A DNA stretch of 64,000 bases from Klebsormidium nitens (taxonomy: Eukaryota > Plantae > Klebsormidiophyceae). Made by a program: the position numbers and the translations under genes. The notes beneath the pieces are model-generated. The model was given only the letters and a program-made list of their open reading frames with translations, was not told where the DNA came from and searched no databases. The stretch lies in the NCBI GenBank assembly GCA_000708835.1, contig DF237050.1, forward strand, positions 57,919 through 121,918. Reading direction: 5' to 3'. Positions 37,286 to 50,866 of this stretch are shown one piece after another (within the stretch, counting starts at the first letter, position 1; every line of letters begins with the position of its first letter).

Positions 37286-38838
37286 CTAGTCTGAAATCAC
37301 AGCATCTGCTTCTATTTCAATGAGCATACCTAGGTCCACCAATCCAGAGATCCCAAGCATGGAGGAAGCTGGGGGACAATCTTTGAAGAATTCTCCATGA
37401 GCGCGTGCAAACTCCTGAAATCGACTCACATCAGTCACAAACATCCGTGTCCTGATGACGTGTTTACGTTCAGCCTGCAGCAACAAGAAAGAGTACGCAT
37501 TGTTTGCAGCAGGCAGTGCTCATGTATGTAGTTAAAACTCTAGAGCGCTAAAGCTCTTCCCAAAGACTTGGGTCCACACTCACCTTCTCGATTGTTTAGT
37601 TGGCACAAAACAAAGCCTAAGAAAGCATCCAACCTCACGAATTCCTGGAGGGACTGAAGGCGGGTTTGAATTCAGACAGAATGGCTACAAGTCCTACCAA
37701 TATCCATCACTCCCTGAATCGAAAGCAGCCTCGACTTCCATGCTTCTGACCGTTGATGAACTTACCCCTAGCCCCAGAAGGGCCTTCTCGATAATTTGCA
37801 GGCATCTCTTAGCCTGCTCATAAGGATCCCCTGGGGCGTACAGCTTGCCCTGGTCATCAAGGGAGGTTGTCCCAGAGACTGCGCACATAAGTCGGGATTG
37901 TATGACCATTGAGAAGCAGCATCAAATGATAATGTCTGTTCATCTTGGAGGGCTGCAGCAAAGGGCACTGAAGAGCACCTTGAGCGTCAGGAGCTGTACA
38001 GGGAAGCAATCAATCTTCTGCACCTTCGGATAATCTGTCACAAAGCTGGTTGATCAATATCTACCCTGACGCAGACCTGATGTCTGCTTAAGAGGCCCTC
38101 GCTTGCAGGCTGATTCGGATTTGACATAATGGCATTCATCAAGTCAGGCCCAAAAAGCTGCGACTCGAGAAGTGACGAGCTTATTGGCACCGCAAAAAAG
38201 GCAACAAGCACGTTGCAACTTAAGTCACGCTGTTACAAGATTGCCAGCGCACAGCAGGGGTACCCAGATCAGGTCAATGCTCAAGACATTGAGACTGCAT
38301 TTCAGTGTTCAGCGGCAGCTTTACCTCACACTGATTCAGAAATCAAAGTAGTTTTGGTGCATTATGTACAAGCACTACAGTGCCGCTGCAAAACTTTGCA
38401 TGGGGCTTGCCTGACAAGAGGAGGAGGACTTGCCGCTTGGATTAATAAGAACGTGCTAGGCAGAAAGAAGCTCTGGTTGAAGTGAGAAGGACTTGGAGGA
38501 TGGCGGGCAATTTGTTGCAGCTTCAATCCTGAGGAAGCTTTCTCTTGCAACTTTATGCCTGCTCTTAAGAACATTGTGGAAGGATGCTTTCCAATGAAAA
38601 AGACCAGCTGACCTGCAATTGTTTTTCCTGAGCGTATTCCTCGGCAATAGCCCGCAGACGGCTCCCATACAGCGCCAGAGAACACACGTTGTACGCTCCC
38701 TTCTGGCTTCTCCATGGCTTGGTCCGAGAATGACTTGAAGGCCAAGCTGTTCAACACGAAAGCTGCACTCTGATGAACTCGAAACTGCGCAAGGCCAGTA
38801 TCTAAGATTCTCTGCAATCTAGAATTTGCTTTCCACAT
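37286..38838 (-). CDS. Rid / YjgF / YER057c / UK114 family protein, non-RidA (Rid6-like), with N-terminal extension
   Basis: Exons 38838-38613, 37878-37766 and 37474-37286 join in frame: RVFSGAVWEPSAGYCRGIRSG..VSGTT..DPYEQAKRCLQIIEKAL..VIRTRMFVTD..AHGEFF..PPASSM..LIEIEADAV. Confidence 0.9.
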
Positions 38839-39295
38839 AGTCCTGTAACACCACGGCCCTGCACGAGCACAAACACACAAAGGCTTGATAGGCGGCCAGA
38901 AGTGAGCTGTGCAAATGCAAGCCACCAGCTCTCCCTGAAAAAGGATGCGTTCAATTGACGCGTGCAATGATGCTGTCGCTTTCAGCAGGCAGCGCAGTGC
39001 TGGTTTCAGCTGAAGATTTGCGAACGTTGACCCAAAGCAATCCCCCTGCCAGTTGTTCACCTGTGATTGGTCTGAGCGGGGTTCCAGGTTGCGTCACCTC
39101 ATAGCATTACCGCTCGATAACCGTTACCATGTGCTCGGCTGGGACGGGCCAGCGCGGCTGGCTCCATGGCCCTGCATGGGGCACATCCGCAGCAGCTAGG
39201 ACTCTGCTGTTGACAAGCATATTATTAACACATTCAGCGGCCTCCCGCTTTTGAATCCTTTTCGAGCGCCCTTCAACGTTGCATGTGATTCCACC

Positions 39296-39487
39296 ATGGC
39301 TTCGCAGGCAAGCTCCCTCCGTCTCAAGAACCTGCTTGTGGCTGGGACGCTCTCTGCGTTTGTGGTCGGCGCATATGTCTACTCCATGAAGGCGGTGGGC
39401 ACCACCGACCTTGACCGCGCTGTCGAAAAGGTGGAGAAGGAGATTGCGGCGGAAAGAGCCGCTGCAAAGCAAAACGGGAAGTCATAG
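39296..39487 (+). CDS. COA3: Small single-TM protein resembling cytochrome c oxidase assembly factor 3 (COA3-like), 63 aa, intronless
   Basis: RLKNLLVAGTLSAFVVGAYVYSMKAVGTTDL followed by a coiled-coil-like tail matches my recollection of the plant COA3-like pattern. Good start context (ccaccATGg). Confidence 0.75.
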   Translation: MASQASSLRLKNLLVAGTLSAFVVGAYVYSMKAVGTTDLDRAVEKVEKEIAAERAAAKQNGKS

Positions 39488-39721
39488 CATTCAAGGTCTA
39501 GAAGAGTGCAGAGGAGTGGGTGATGTCTGCGCAGTTATCAAGAGGTGATACTCTAGGTTAAGAGTTGCCCAAATAAAACACCAATTGGTGCAACTAAGTA
39601 CAGCAGGCACTGGATGTGCAGCTTCTGCATCAGAGCTGAACACAGAGAGCGTGTTTGCAACTTCAATCTGGTGAGCAAATCAAGGTGCGAATGAGGATTC
39701 TCAAGCTCATTGAACCTGGTG

Positions 39722-42700
39722 ATGGCACTATCCTCTGTCTGTGATCAGGGCCTGACAAGGCTACTCCCTTGTTCCGCTTACCAGCCAAGTACAGATCACA
39801 AGAGAGCAGCTTGTCGAGGTACATTGTCCAACCAACATGCGGATTTCTACCCCCAGCCAGATAAGATCAGTCCACTTTCGACTACCAACAAGCACAGTCT
39901 CCTTTTCAAGGCCTCAAGTTGCTCTAGATTGGATTCATCCTTCGCCAGAGGGCCCTTACGCAGCGGCTCGGCACTATCAGACGTGGTCGCAACTAGCAGG
40001 GAGACAAATGATGATGGTACAGCTCAAACCAGTGGCTTTGCACGTGTTGGAGGGAAGACGGTGCTCCGGAATCTGTCTCTGAACGAGCTAGAGGTATGTC
40101 CTCACATATAAGAGGCTGTTCCTTCTTATCAACAGTCAGCTTTAGGTCGAAATTTGAGAAAAGCCCACTCCCATGGATAAGGCCACTTTACATCTGAATT
40201 GAAGAACACTTTCCTGTGGTGCGCGAGGGTTTGACATCAAATGCATTTACCGGACGGATGCCTAGAAATGTTCTGTGTTGTTGACCAGGCACGGTGGCAG
40301 GCAGCCGTTGTGAAAGTGCTTTCTCAGTTGCGATTCAACATGCCTGCACATATGTTGCACAGAAGCACCAAAACTTTTGGGAAGGCAATTTCGAGATGCT
40401 TGCGATGAACTTCAAAGCACGTGACATTGATGTCAGTGGATTATCGCTGGGAAATGGCTGTTTCCGTAGCCTCCGTCAGCCCAGGTATGTCCAGCTGATA
40501 GGATCATTCTGAGTATTATTCCAAAACGTACAGAATTCAGCAATTACACATGCTTAACACTCAGTGTCGTTTCCTGAGTGCAGGGATGGCTGCAGAAGCA
40601 TGGCCACCCTGCGCGGCAAGCGGAGCACGTGTGGCGGTGGTTATACAGAGACCTGGCCAAAGATGCCTTCGATGTCCCTGGAGCACCAGGTAAGAGCAAA
40701 TCCCAATCAGCAGCCTTACAGCCTTGCTGCAAACATGGGAATGTTCCTACAGGAGCGGAGGGTCGGCAGTGACAGAACTGATGAGACTACTCCTTCATCT
40801 CCTCACCTCCTTCCTAAAATTCCAGGGCAATCGAGAGCGGTCCGTTGACGAATTCCACTAAGAGGTCTGCTGTGACTACCTGACAATTCGTAAGTACACT
40901 CAAGGGAGTTTTGGTCGACCAAACACGAAAGTTTTGTTCTGTGCGCAGCTTTGCTATTAGTGTCGAGTGGGCCCGAGTACACCCTAAGCCCATCAAACAT
41001 GCTTGACTGATCGCCCCTCGACCCTCTCAGTTTTTTACGCCCATTTGCAGGGATGAACAAGGGCTTCCGGCAATTCCTTGCATCGCACGCCGAGTTCGAC
41101 GTCCTCGTGGTAAAAGAGATCAAGAAAGCCGCCGATGGAACCACGAAGGTGGTTCTTGAGACGAAGGCGGGGGGCAGGGTCGAGACGGTCCTTATCCCGA
41201 CTCCGGGACGGAACACGGTCTGCGTGTCGAGCCAGGTCGGGTGTGCGATGAACTGTCAGTTTTGTTACACGGGAAGGTGAGGCCGTTTGTGATACCACGT
41301 AGAGTTCTCGAATTTGCTGGCCCAATCATCAAACCGTGATTGTCGGTCCCACTCAGTATGCGACATGACATAAGAATTGGCAATTTGATTGGGCCGCGTG
41401 TCAAAATCACCACGTGTCGATCATGGACCAGGGTCCGAGCAGCCGGAAATAGATCTGATGCGACGTCATTTGTTCGTCAGTTCGTGACTTGTCTAGGGAT
41501 CGGACGGTCTCAGTGATTCAATTGCTGTATTGAACGGCCATCTGGGGGCCATTTTCTTTCTTGATTTAATCGTATAAGCGGTCTTTAGTACCCTCTCTTG
41601 TATTTCTCTTTTCCGTCTTTTAACTTTCCTCTTTTCTCACCTAACGGTTTTCCGCTGTATCTCTTGGCTGCCAGTGTGAGTGGGACCCCACCCGTGATTG
41701 CTTTGAAACAATAACGACAGCAAGGGTGGCGCCAAGCATTGCACCTTTATGAACTCTGTCGACTGTGGTAGGCATGTCATCCTTTTACCTGCATGGCTGC
41801 CTATTATGGAGTTTGAACTTCTCACAGATCGCTGTAGTCAAAGGGCGTTATCGCGGGCGAAACTTTGTGGCACAGGTTACCGCAGTCGACATTCGTTCTG
41901 GTGCTTCCGTGGCTTTTCGAGAAAACAGGGGACCGCAGGTGTTCGGCGCCTATTCACATATTCGTCCACTTGCAGGATCGGGCTCAAGGCGAATCTGTCG
42001 ACGGGTGAGATCGTGGAGCAGCTGGTTATCATGCGACGGCTCTTCACCGCCGACGTAGGCCCCATCAACAACGTCGTCTTTATGGTGAGGCGCGAGCTCA
42101 AACATCAGCGGTTCATATTGTCTGTCCATTCAGTACTTGCCGCTTTACTTCCGGAGCTTGGCGAAGCTCACGCAAGGTACGGAATATAGGTGTCAGGCGC
42201 CTGTTCAATCTTACAGCAGCTAAATTGATTTTACAATTGAAGCTCAACGCCTTACTTCCGGAGCTTGTCGAAGCTTATGCGAGGCACGGAAGATTCGGAA
42301 GGATGCCTTAGGACGATTGGAGTCTGCGGACATTTTGGCTGTAGATTTAGAGTTTGTTTCGGCGCTACTTTTCCAGGGTATGGGCGAGCCGATGCACAAC
42401 CTAGATAACGTGATCCGGGCGGTCGACGTCATGGTGCATCAGCAAGGCCTCCACGTGTCTCACAAGAAGGTAATGCGCCTTCTTACTCTCATGACGCCCA
42501 GAATTGAGGAGACTCAGCGAGTGAAGAAAGCGGGCCTCTTGCTCAGGTATCCTGGCGTAGGATAACCTCGTGTCTCACTTACTTTGACATGTGTCCCTTT
42601 CTATGTCTATTTTCCCCCCTTTTCGAGGTTTTCCGCCGGCAGTACTCGGGATCCGAATTGGCAAGGCGCTGACCGCTCAGGCCCCTCGAAGGTCGCGAAC

Positions 42701-45700
42701 ATCTGTGGGCTGGCAGTGTTGTCGTTGATTCGTGACGCGACCAAGGATAAGGCCGCCTTGCGCTCGTGAGGAAATGTTGCACCATGCAGGAAGCTTTTCT
42801 GACAAGTTCGTTTTCTTTCAGCGCATCTCACCTGCTTGTATAGCTGTTGCTGCCCATTTCTTTCTGCCGCGACATCGGGAGCATAAGAAGTGTTCAGAGG
42901 CGTTTTCATTACAATGGTTTTGAAGCGCTCAATCTTTTTGCAGGTGTCCGTATCTACGAGCGGCCTCGTGCCCCAGATCCGGCACTTCTGTCGGACGTCT
43001 CCCGCCAGCTTAGCCGTCAGCCTTAACGCTACGACGGACGAAGTGAGCTTGCTGCTTCTTCTTGGAATGTTCTGTTCTTCGACGTTTCACATTCAGGTGT
43101 TCACTGTCTGCTGCAAGTGTCTCGAGGTTTCTTTTCGGCTTTCTCGTGGTGTCTTGCTAAGTGTGATCAGATGTCCAGAATGCTATTATTATCCAGTATA
43201 CGTTCCTGCGTTCCTGCAAGTAGGAAATAATGCTTCGGGATCGCGGTCAGACAGCCCACCCACGGAGATAAGTCTTCCTGTCCCTTGTGACTTTTTTAAG
43301 CAACAGACTTGCGCCCGAACTCCACAAACGTTGCATTGCAATTGGTTAGATTGTAATCAGTTTGTCATCATTCGTGTGTCAGGCAGACGTTGCTCGGCGA
43401 TTGCAATCGAGATTGAACCCCAGCGCTACTTCTTTACCAAGTCCAATTCCATTCAATTTTCGTAGTCGCAAAGTTGCTGGAGAAATTGCTTCTAGGGACA
43501 TGCATCTCTCGACTCCCTCGTCAACCGAAAGCTGTCCGGACCCATCTTTTAAAGTAACTACAAGTCCGACTTCAAGCTCTGCTCGTCCTATTTGGGTTCA
43601 ACGCTTTGCGTGGCCGGGTGAGCCTGTCATCTGTACAGCCACCTAGCATCACGACAGCTTATCAGATGTCGCGAGAGCCTGGCGCTTCTCCTGGTAAACG
43701 CTTCTACCTAGTTGCCAGGCAGGAGTTGTCTGAGTTTGATTCTTGGGTGCAGTCGAGCGACAACGCTGACGTTTGCATGGTGGCCTGCTGCAGGTGCGCG
43801 ACTGGATCATGCCGATCAACCGGCAGTACAACCTGGAGTCGCTGATTGGCTGTCTGGCGGGCCAGGTGGGCAATGCGTTTGCGTTTTTCGGAAGTCGTTT
43901 CAGTAAGCAACAAGCGTTGGTCCAGAGCGCGAGGGCTGGTACTTCGCTTCATTCAACCTCTTGTGGGTGGCCTTTCTCCCAGCCTCGAAACGCTTGGAAT
44001 GCATTGATCCCGGGTCCTTCTCTTGGTGAACTTCCGAGTTGTTCCTTCAAAAGTTGCAAAAACCCACCACCCTTTCCTGGTTCTTCTGGAAGGTCACTTG
44101 CGTTCTTTTCCCCTTTTCCACAACTTTGCAATGTGACCTCACTCTTTACATTTTGGCACTCTGCAAATTCCGAACTCAGGCCTTTCCCGTCAGCCCTTGG
44201 TGGTTGATACCGAGAGGTCATACGCTGTTGTTGTTGTTGTTGTTGTGCAGTTCCCGAGGGCTAACGGGGGCCAGGACAAGGTGCTCTTTGAGTACGTCCT
44301 GCTCAAGGGGATCAACGACAGGTAGGCCGCACCTTCATCTTGTGCCCTTCTAGTTGTGGAGCTCAGTACAAGGAAACACTGATCATTTTGACGTTGATCG
44401 AAATAGGTAAACGCAGTCCAATACCGAAAGGAATGTTTAGACACAGGGCACAAATGTGGATATGCGCGAAGGTGTTGGTGCAATGTCTTTGAACTTCGAA
44501 CAGTGACAATTGCAGGGATCCCGCGGGTTTAAGCTCTTCCATGGGGGGGGATATGGGGGGGACGCTCTAGTTTCTTTGCTTATCCTGGACTCACAAGATT
44601 TCGACTTTTTGTGCCGCTACCTGAAATCAGCAGCGTGTCTCCGGATAAATTCGGCGACCCTTAAAGCAATGTAATCCAGCTGAAAAACATGACGAACCCG
44701 TCAATCCCAATATTAAATTTTGTTTTGATTTCTTTTAGTTCCAACGTTGCCAGTGTCCTGCGGTCACGGGTTGTGCGTCGCAAAATCGTTTCCTGTCCGA
44801 TCGCCCAATATTCTGTTTAAGCGCTAAAAAAACTCGCGACAAGGTCGTAGACTCTGCTCGAGCTATTAGTGCAAAACATTGTCTTATTGTCAGGACGCTC
44901 GCTGACGGTCCGTCTTGTGTCCTTGCCAGCCTGGACGACGCCCGGCGGTTGATCGAGCTGGTGAAGCCCGTCCCCTGCCGCGTGAACCTCATTGGGTTCA
45001 ATCCACATGCTGGATCGGCCTTCCAGCCCGTGTAAGACCCGACATCGAACTGGGAAACTCTCTGCTCATTTGCAGAGCCGCGTTGTCGAATCAAAGTTGG
45101 GCACGAATTGTGGAATTGAATATCTTTGATGAGGATTTTGGAATCTGTATGGCATTGATACAGCGGGTCGGCCCTTACGCAGGGCAAGAGGTTGAAAGCG
45201 AGTTTTTCTCATTGATGCGCACCCCACCAGAACGATTGCTGCTGTGAAGTTCAGTTCGTCGATGGAGAGTATTGCTTGAAAGATAGCCTCTTAGGAGCCT
45301 TCTCGTCGAATGTCCGCCCCTTGCTTAAAGGTTGAGACTAGAGCAAGTGGGGTGCATCCTGCAGGATCAGCTTCAGGAAGAGTACGCGGGACGGTGTGGG
45401 GCAGACAATCTGACCGTGACCCGTTCTTTGCTTACTAACTTTGCGATTTTCCTTTTGGGTGGCAGGCCCAAACCGCAGATGCTCGAGTTTTTCAGAGTGC
45501 TCGCGGACGCGGGGATGGTTGTCACTTTACGGGAGGTAAGGGCAAATCCTGCATTCTCAAGACTCAGCTCTCTGATCAAGCTACCTATTCATGGTCGCTT
45601 TTCGGGGGGCCAAGAAGCGTCCCAATTTGGCATTTAGAAGTCAGGGTTCGCAAGTCGCTATGGCAGGGTGCCCCGAAGGAGCGTCTCCCTTGTTAATGTG

Positions 45701-46161
45701 GGACGCTGCTCTTCAAACCTTTGACGTTTTAGAGGCCGTCTCTGCTCGGCGTCTTCACCACGATGTGATTAGGTGGCCTACTTTTTGAAAATTGGATGGC
45801 TGTAAAAGAGCTCTTCAAGCCGGGACCAAGCGGCCGCGTACAAAATTGTTGTGACCACTTTTAGTTTATGGCAGACTTCAGCACCTGTACGCTCGAGAGG
45901 CCGCTCAATCGACCTGCGTGCTTTTAGTTATCACCGGATGTTCAGAGTGATAGGATTTGATTCTCAAATGCTATGGACCCTGAACTGAGATGCCAAACCT
46001 CTGGGTCTGAAACTCTCTTGTCTCTGCAACAGAGCCGGGGTGACGACCAGATGGCGGCATGCGGGCAGCTAGGCGAGCTCGGAAGCAACCCCCTCCAGCT
46101 TCTTACCCCGCCCGCCAGGTTCCAGCAAGCACTCGCGGGCGTACCCGCGACAATTGGTTGA
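39722..46161 (+). CDS. rlmN: RlmN/Cfr-family radical SAM RNA methyltransferase, organelle-targeted; start codon uncertain
   Basis: [27 protein letters not shown] (CxxxCxxC), [53 protein letters not shown] (second catalytic Cys). About 11 exons. Confidence 0.95.
44224..44245. repeat. (GTT)n microsatellite upstream of an RlmN splice acceptor
   Basis: ctgttgttgttgttgttgttgtgcag. Confidence 0.75.
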
Positions 46162-47164
46162 TTGCCGTTGGGGGTCGGTTGCATTCGTCATAGGCGCCAC
46201 TTGAGGCCGACAATCCGTGACTGGAGCACACACAGCGAATCCCCGCTTACATAGTTATAAAACAACAGAAGTGCCTCAGTGCCTCCCATTGGACAACAAT
46301 TACGTGGTATGGAGCTGTATATTGACGCACGCCGTTACTTAATCCACACTGTAAGCTCGACGTCCATGCTTCCTATTGTGTTCATTGAATTCGATGGTTG
46401 TCCGTTCCAGCTTTGCCAGGCTTTGAGCTTAGGCCGGCCAGCGCTGGTTTTATAACCAGGAATGGGTGCGACTTACGGCTCAGAGGTCATGGGTCATGCG
46501 TGCGCCGAAGGGCCACGAACCCAGCATAGTATATTCATCAATCCATGCATTACTAAACTGATCCTGCCACACTTGTGCACCGTTGAGCAGGACCGTCTTT
46601 ACATATGCGTACCTGTAGACGCAATTGGATTAATGATAATATCCGCATACGTCGTGCAGTCGCGTTGCAAATACTAGATTTCCATATTGCACTAGGATCC
46701 GTCGTTTTCTCATTGCCGCCTACCCGTTTAGCGGCATATCCTGTCCGCATCTTGATCTGCAATTTCGACGAGCTCAGTAAACGTAAAAAGTAGTGAAGTC
46801 GAAGCTAGTTTCAATGCAGCGATTGGTGCGTACATGAGATCAAACACATGCAATCTAGCGAATTGCTATTTGAAATGCAGAAGCCTGAAGAGCAGCAGAT
46901 AGTGCTACGTCTTGCATATCTCCATGTACGTACAGCGACGGACGGTGGCTCCAGAGCGAAGGACTTTAAAATAGATATACCTGATCGTATTCTGCGACGT
47001 CAACCGTAGCAGAACTGAGAGAGGAATCCGTGACTTGGCGGACTGTGCGCGAACTCGACATTCTATAAGACGTCCGTCCCGTCTTGCAGCGTCCAAATGA
47101 ATCAAATCTCGAACTTAGGAATCTAGCGTCATGGGTTGTTTGCTGCGTGTCGTCGCCCCCGCGG

Positions 47165-50100
47165 CTAGATCTCCTGTATTTCCTCGGTGTCCACGCTCTT
47201 ATGCCTGAGCTGGAACCTCTCCAGCACCTGGTTGTCCGCGAAGCGGTACAGCCGGTCAAAGGTGTCCATGCACGCCTCCTTTTGCCCCTCGTCAGCGTGC
47301 TGCACGTGGCAGAACTTGCACCCCGTGAAGTGGGAGATGAACGGCCGCCACGTGGCTGGCATGCTTGCGTCGGCATCCTCGAGCAGCTGGTCTAGCGGCT
47401 GAGAGACTAAAACCCACCTGGATAAAGCAGATAGGAAGTATCAGAGTGATATTGAAGATGACAAAATCACAGCTGAATCTGCTGGGACCCTGGACTCGTT
47501 CTTGGTTTTGAGGCAGCCGCTGTTCGGATTGCAGTGGACCCACTATAGCCGCAGCTTTGAAGCTTTATTGTAGACGAGCCATCGGATCGAGTAATGATCT
47601 GGTATTGATACACTTCCGCACTGTTTCAAAGAAGGAATCATACCGAAAGTGATGTGTTCCCTGGAAGTAGACGCAACGGCAAACAGAATCGTGCACGTAC
47701 TTAGATCATTCAGTCTTGAGAGCCCAAGTATTGGGGGAGACTGAAAGACAAGAGATATGTATGTCCTTCATGCTCTGCCATACTGATGAGTTTATCCAAT
47801 TATGAAACACCTTCCGGACTTTATGATGAAGAGAACTCGACTGAGTACTTACTGGGTTCCTCGAGCAGTTTGACTCACCAGTTGTGGTACATGCTTGTTG
47901 TGTCTAGTAAAGTCTTCTCCTTCCAGAGATGTGGCTGGGTGGCCATCAGGTAGATAAGGGTCGTCTGATCGTCGGCGGGCCACTCTGGGCACAAAAGAAC
48001 GCTCTGTCAGCATTGTCAGGATCAAACAACAACATATTCAGACTTTACAGCTGATTTCCACGTTGGATCCCAAAAAAGTCTGTATGGACGGAGATTCGTA
48101 AGCGTTCCCTACTCACGGAAAGATGGGCTCAGAGCAACTCGTTGCTCTACAAAAGTTGAAAAGGCACAAACCCAGTCACATTCACGGAGCGCTGCTCACA
48201 ATCTGCGGTCTCAATAGAAATTGTAAGACAGATACAGAGTGCTCGTGTCCTCCCATTCCCATACTTCTCACGTACAACAGCTCCGCATAACAACAAGCAA
48301 ATGACCGCACCTTCGTGCTTTCCTTGCGCAAACTTTTCCGTTGACTTACAGTCAGATCATGCACCAATCTCGGCTGTTGATCCTTCCGGCCGGCTTCAAG
48401 CCGGGGACACATGGGGCTTTGAATGTCAGCCGTGGAGAGCCCAGCAGCCCAAAGTCGATCCTGAGTCGTTGAAGCCGCGAACTGGCGCCCAGCTAAAGCG
48501 GGTCTCACCATGTGAAAAATCGGAATAGAGGTCGACAGATGATAAGGAATCTTCAGGCTTTTAGGCAACCTTTCCCCCCTTGTGAAACCTGTGATAACAC
48601 AAGATTGACTACCAACCCCCCTCAACGAAGAGCACGCGGTTCATTACCTTTGCCGTGGCTCGCTTCCGCCCTGCCTCGGAGCACCTTGTTGAGCAGCAGC
48701 CCGGTGTCCCGCCGCGTGGTGTACCTGTTCCCGAGCGCCATGGTGGCGTCCAGCAGATCCACCGACCACTGACAATTACGAATCAAAAAGGCGCCCGTGT
48801 TCAGGCCCAGCCAGTCGGGCTCCTCAAATACCTGCGGCGCAAGTGGGAGGAAGGCGGGCTGTAGCATTCCGTTTCAACCGTCCGGAAGTAGTACACGTTG
48901 CGAAAACGGAGAAGCGTCCGCGGAAAAACTCCGCGGAAACACGTCCGCAAAAACTTCTCGTTTGAACCTCGATTTGTTGCTCGAATTTGCGACGAGTGGT
49001 CTAGGGCTCATTGGACTGGAGCTTTCCCAGCGACTAGTTCCATGGAGAAGAGTTTCCTCCACGTCCAATCAGACAGACCTTTCTAGTGTGGAACGCGACG
49101 GTTGTGGAGCCCTTGTTATAAGCAGGAAGTGGCCATGGGAAGGTGATATGCGAGGAATATGCGGTCTCGATCGCATTTCCCTAAATGCAGATTCGAAGGA
49201 CGTTAATCTTGAGTTGAGGGGCTAATCTATTGGCAACAAGTTACTTCAATCTCGCTCTAGCAAACAGAATTGTTAAGATCGCTCAGGCCATGATATTCTC
49301 TGGAAACTTGTCGCCCTTGCTTAGAACCAACAGCAGACCCGGGACTGAGGCAACTGGTGACAGCAGCATAGGAGCGGCGGAAGGTGATAACCGCAAAGCT
49401 TCCAGTGTTTGATTAATGCTTGAGCCTCGCTTCAATCCACGATAAAGTTTCTGTGTCCTGAGCTGGTAACTGGTGTCTTGTGCACCGAGGCAGCTCACGG
49501 CTGTGGCGTTCCCCGACAGCACCAGGTTGTAGTCAGTGTACTCGTCCAGAGGGATCCCCCGCGTCATGTCCGTAAAGATGGCGTCGCAGTCCACCCACTG
49601 CACCGACCAGCAGAAAGGATTGCACGTGAGCCCACTTTCTTGAGAAGTTGAAACCCACGCTTTGAAAACCGTGCTTTCATGCCAGGAAAGCCGTATCATT
49701 CTGGCAACCCATTCCAAGCAAAGAACACCGTTGATATACAGGAATCGTGTACGAACGCGTAAACGGGGTGGCACACCAGCCTTGCGGCTTGTCATTCTCC
49801 CAAGACTGGGAAGCTTTTAAGCCGTATCTTAACAATGAAGTCAAACACGTGCCTCTGACGTACTTGTTCAGGCAGCGTGAGGCCAAGCCGACAGAACGCT
49901 CCGTTGAGCCTCTGCTAAAACTGTGACAGATGCAAAAGACGTGGCGGATACAAAGGCCACCAGAGAAGGTTGATAAGAGACGGCGCGTCACCATGAACCA
50001 CTCGATAGTGGGGTGGGTGTGCATCAGTTTCTTGAGCAGCGGCAGCTTGACCCAGTAAATATCGTACGCGTCGTCAAACGTCTCCATGGCGTAGTACAGT

Positions 50101-50866
50101 GGAATGTCGTGCAGCCTGGACCGGAAGGGAATGGACGAGTGCAGATTGAAAACAAAAATAAAGGGTACTCTCCAATGAAAGGGTTTCTTTGATGTTGACT
50201 AGTACCCAGAAAAAGAGATCCGTGATACCGAGAGGACGGAAGGTTGTCCCAGGGATCCTATTCTGGCTCCCCTCGCAGACCAGTGCTTAAGCCGAGTGCT
50301 TTACATGCCGCAATGGCGTTCGTTGCGCGCTTAATCGTGCCTTCAATCTTTTGAGCTTCTAGAATCTACGAGCTTCAAAGACCGACAGCGCAAAGTTATG
50401 CTCAGCGTCATTCTCTGAAGTGTATGGTAACCCAGATCATGACGGTCATAGACAAAACAAAAAGCAGAGGATTAGACTCCAGATTTTCAAGAAGAGTACT
50501 GCCTTGAACCGCTAATTCAGATGGTCAGAATGGCTCGTAAAGGACTTCACACGCTGACCTTGCATAGTCCACCTTGTTCTTGAGCGATCGGATTAGAATC
50601 TCCGCGCCCCGAGCGCTGCTGCACGGCCGTCCGTCCGTCCCGGTCACCAGCATCAGCCTCACGCCATCTGCAGCGTTGTCAGTGCCTCCCTGATCGACGG
50701 TTCCAATCGCGGGAGGAAGCTTTGCACCGATCAAGGCCGGGAGCTTTGATCGCCTGTAGTTAGCAAGCGTGATTGCCCCCACGCATATAACCAGAAACAT
50801 ACAGAAGTGGAAGAACGGCCGCTGCATCTTCTTTTCCTTTGTGAAGAGTGTTGGCTTGAATGCCAT
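47165..50866 (-). CDS. Glycosyltransferase family 34 (xyloglucan xylosyltransferase / galactomannan galactosyltransferase-like), copy B
   Basis: Type II membrane anchor, then LMLVTGT..RSLKNKVDYAR/LH.IPLYY..WVKLPLLKKLM..HPTIEWFM/WVDCDAIFTD..DWLGLNTGAFLIRNCQWS..ADDQ..YHNW/W..WRPFISHFTGCK. Last exon 47417-47165. Confidence 0.93.

Noticed and set aside
22537-46161. radA and rlmN as bacterial contamination or recent HGT
   Set aside because: Both are intron-rich with targeting extensions, and nuclear-encoded organellar homologues are established in plants.
47644-47660. Apparent 17-nt microexon in GT34 copy B
   Set aside because: A simpler acceptor at 47418 gives WVLVSQPL, matching copy A WVEVAQRL, so no microexon is needed.
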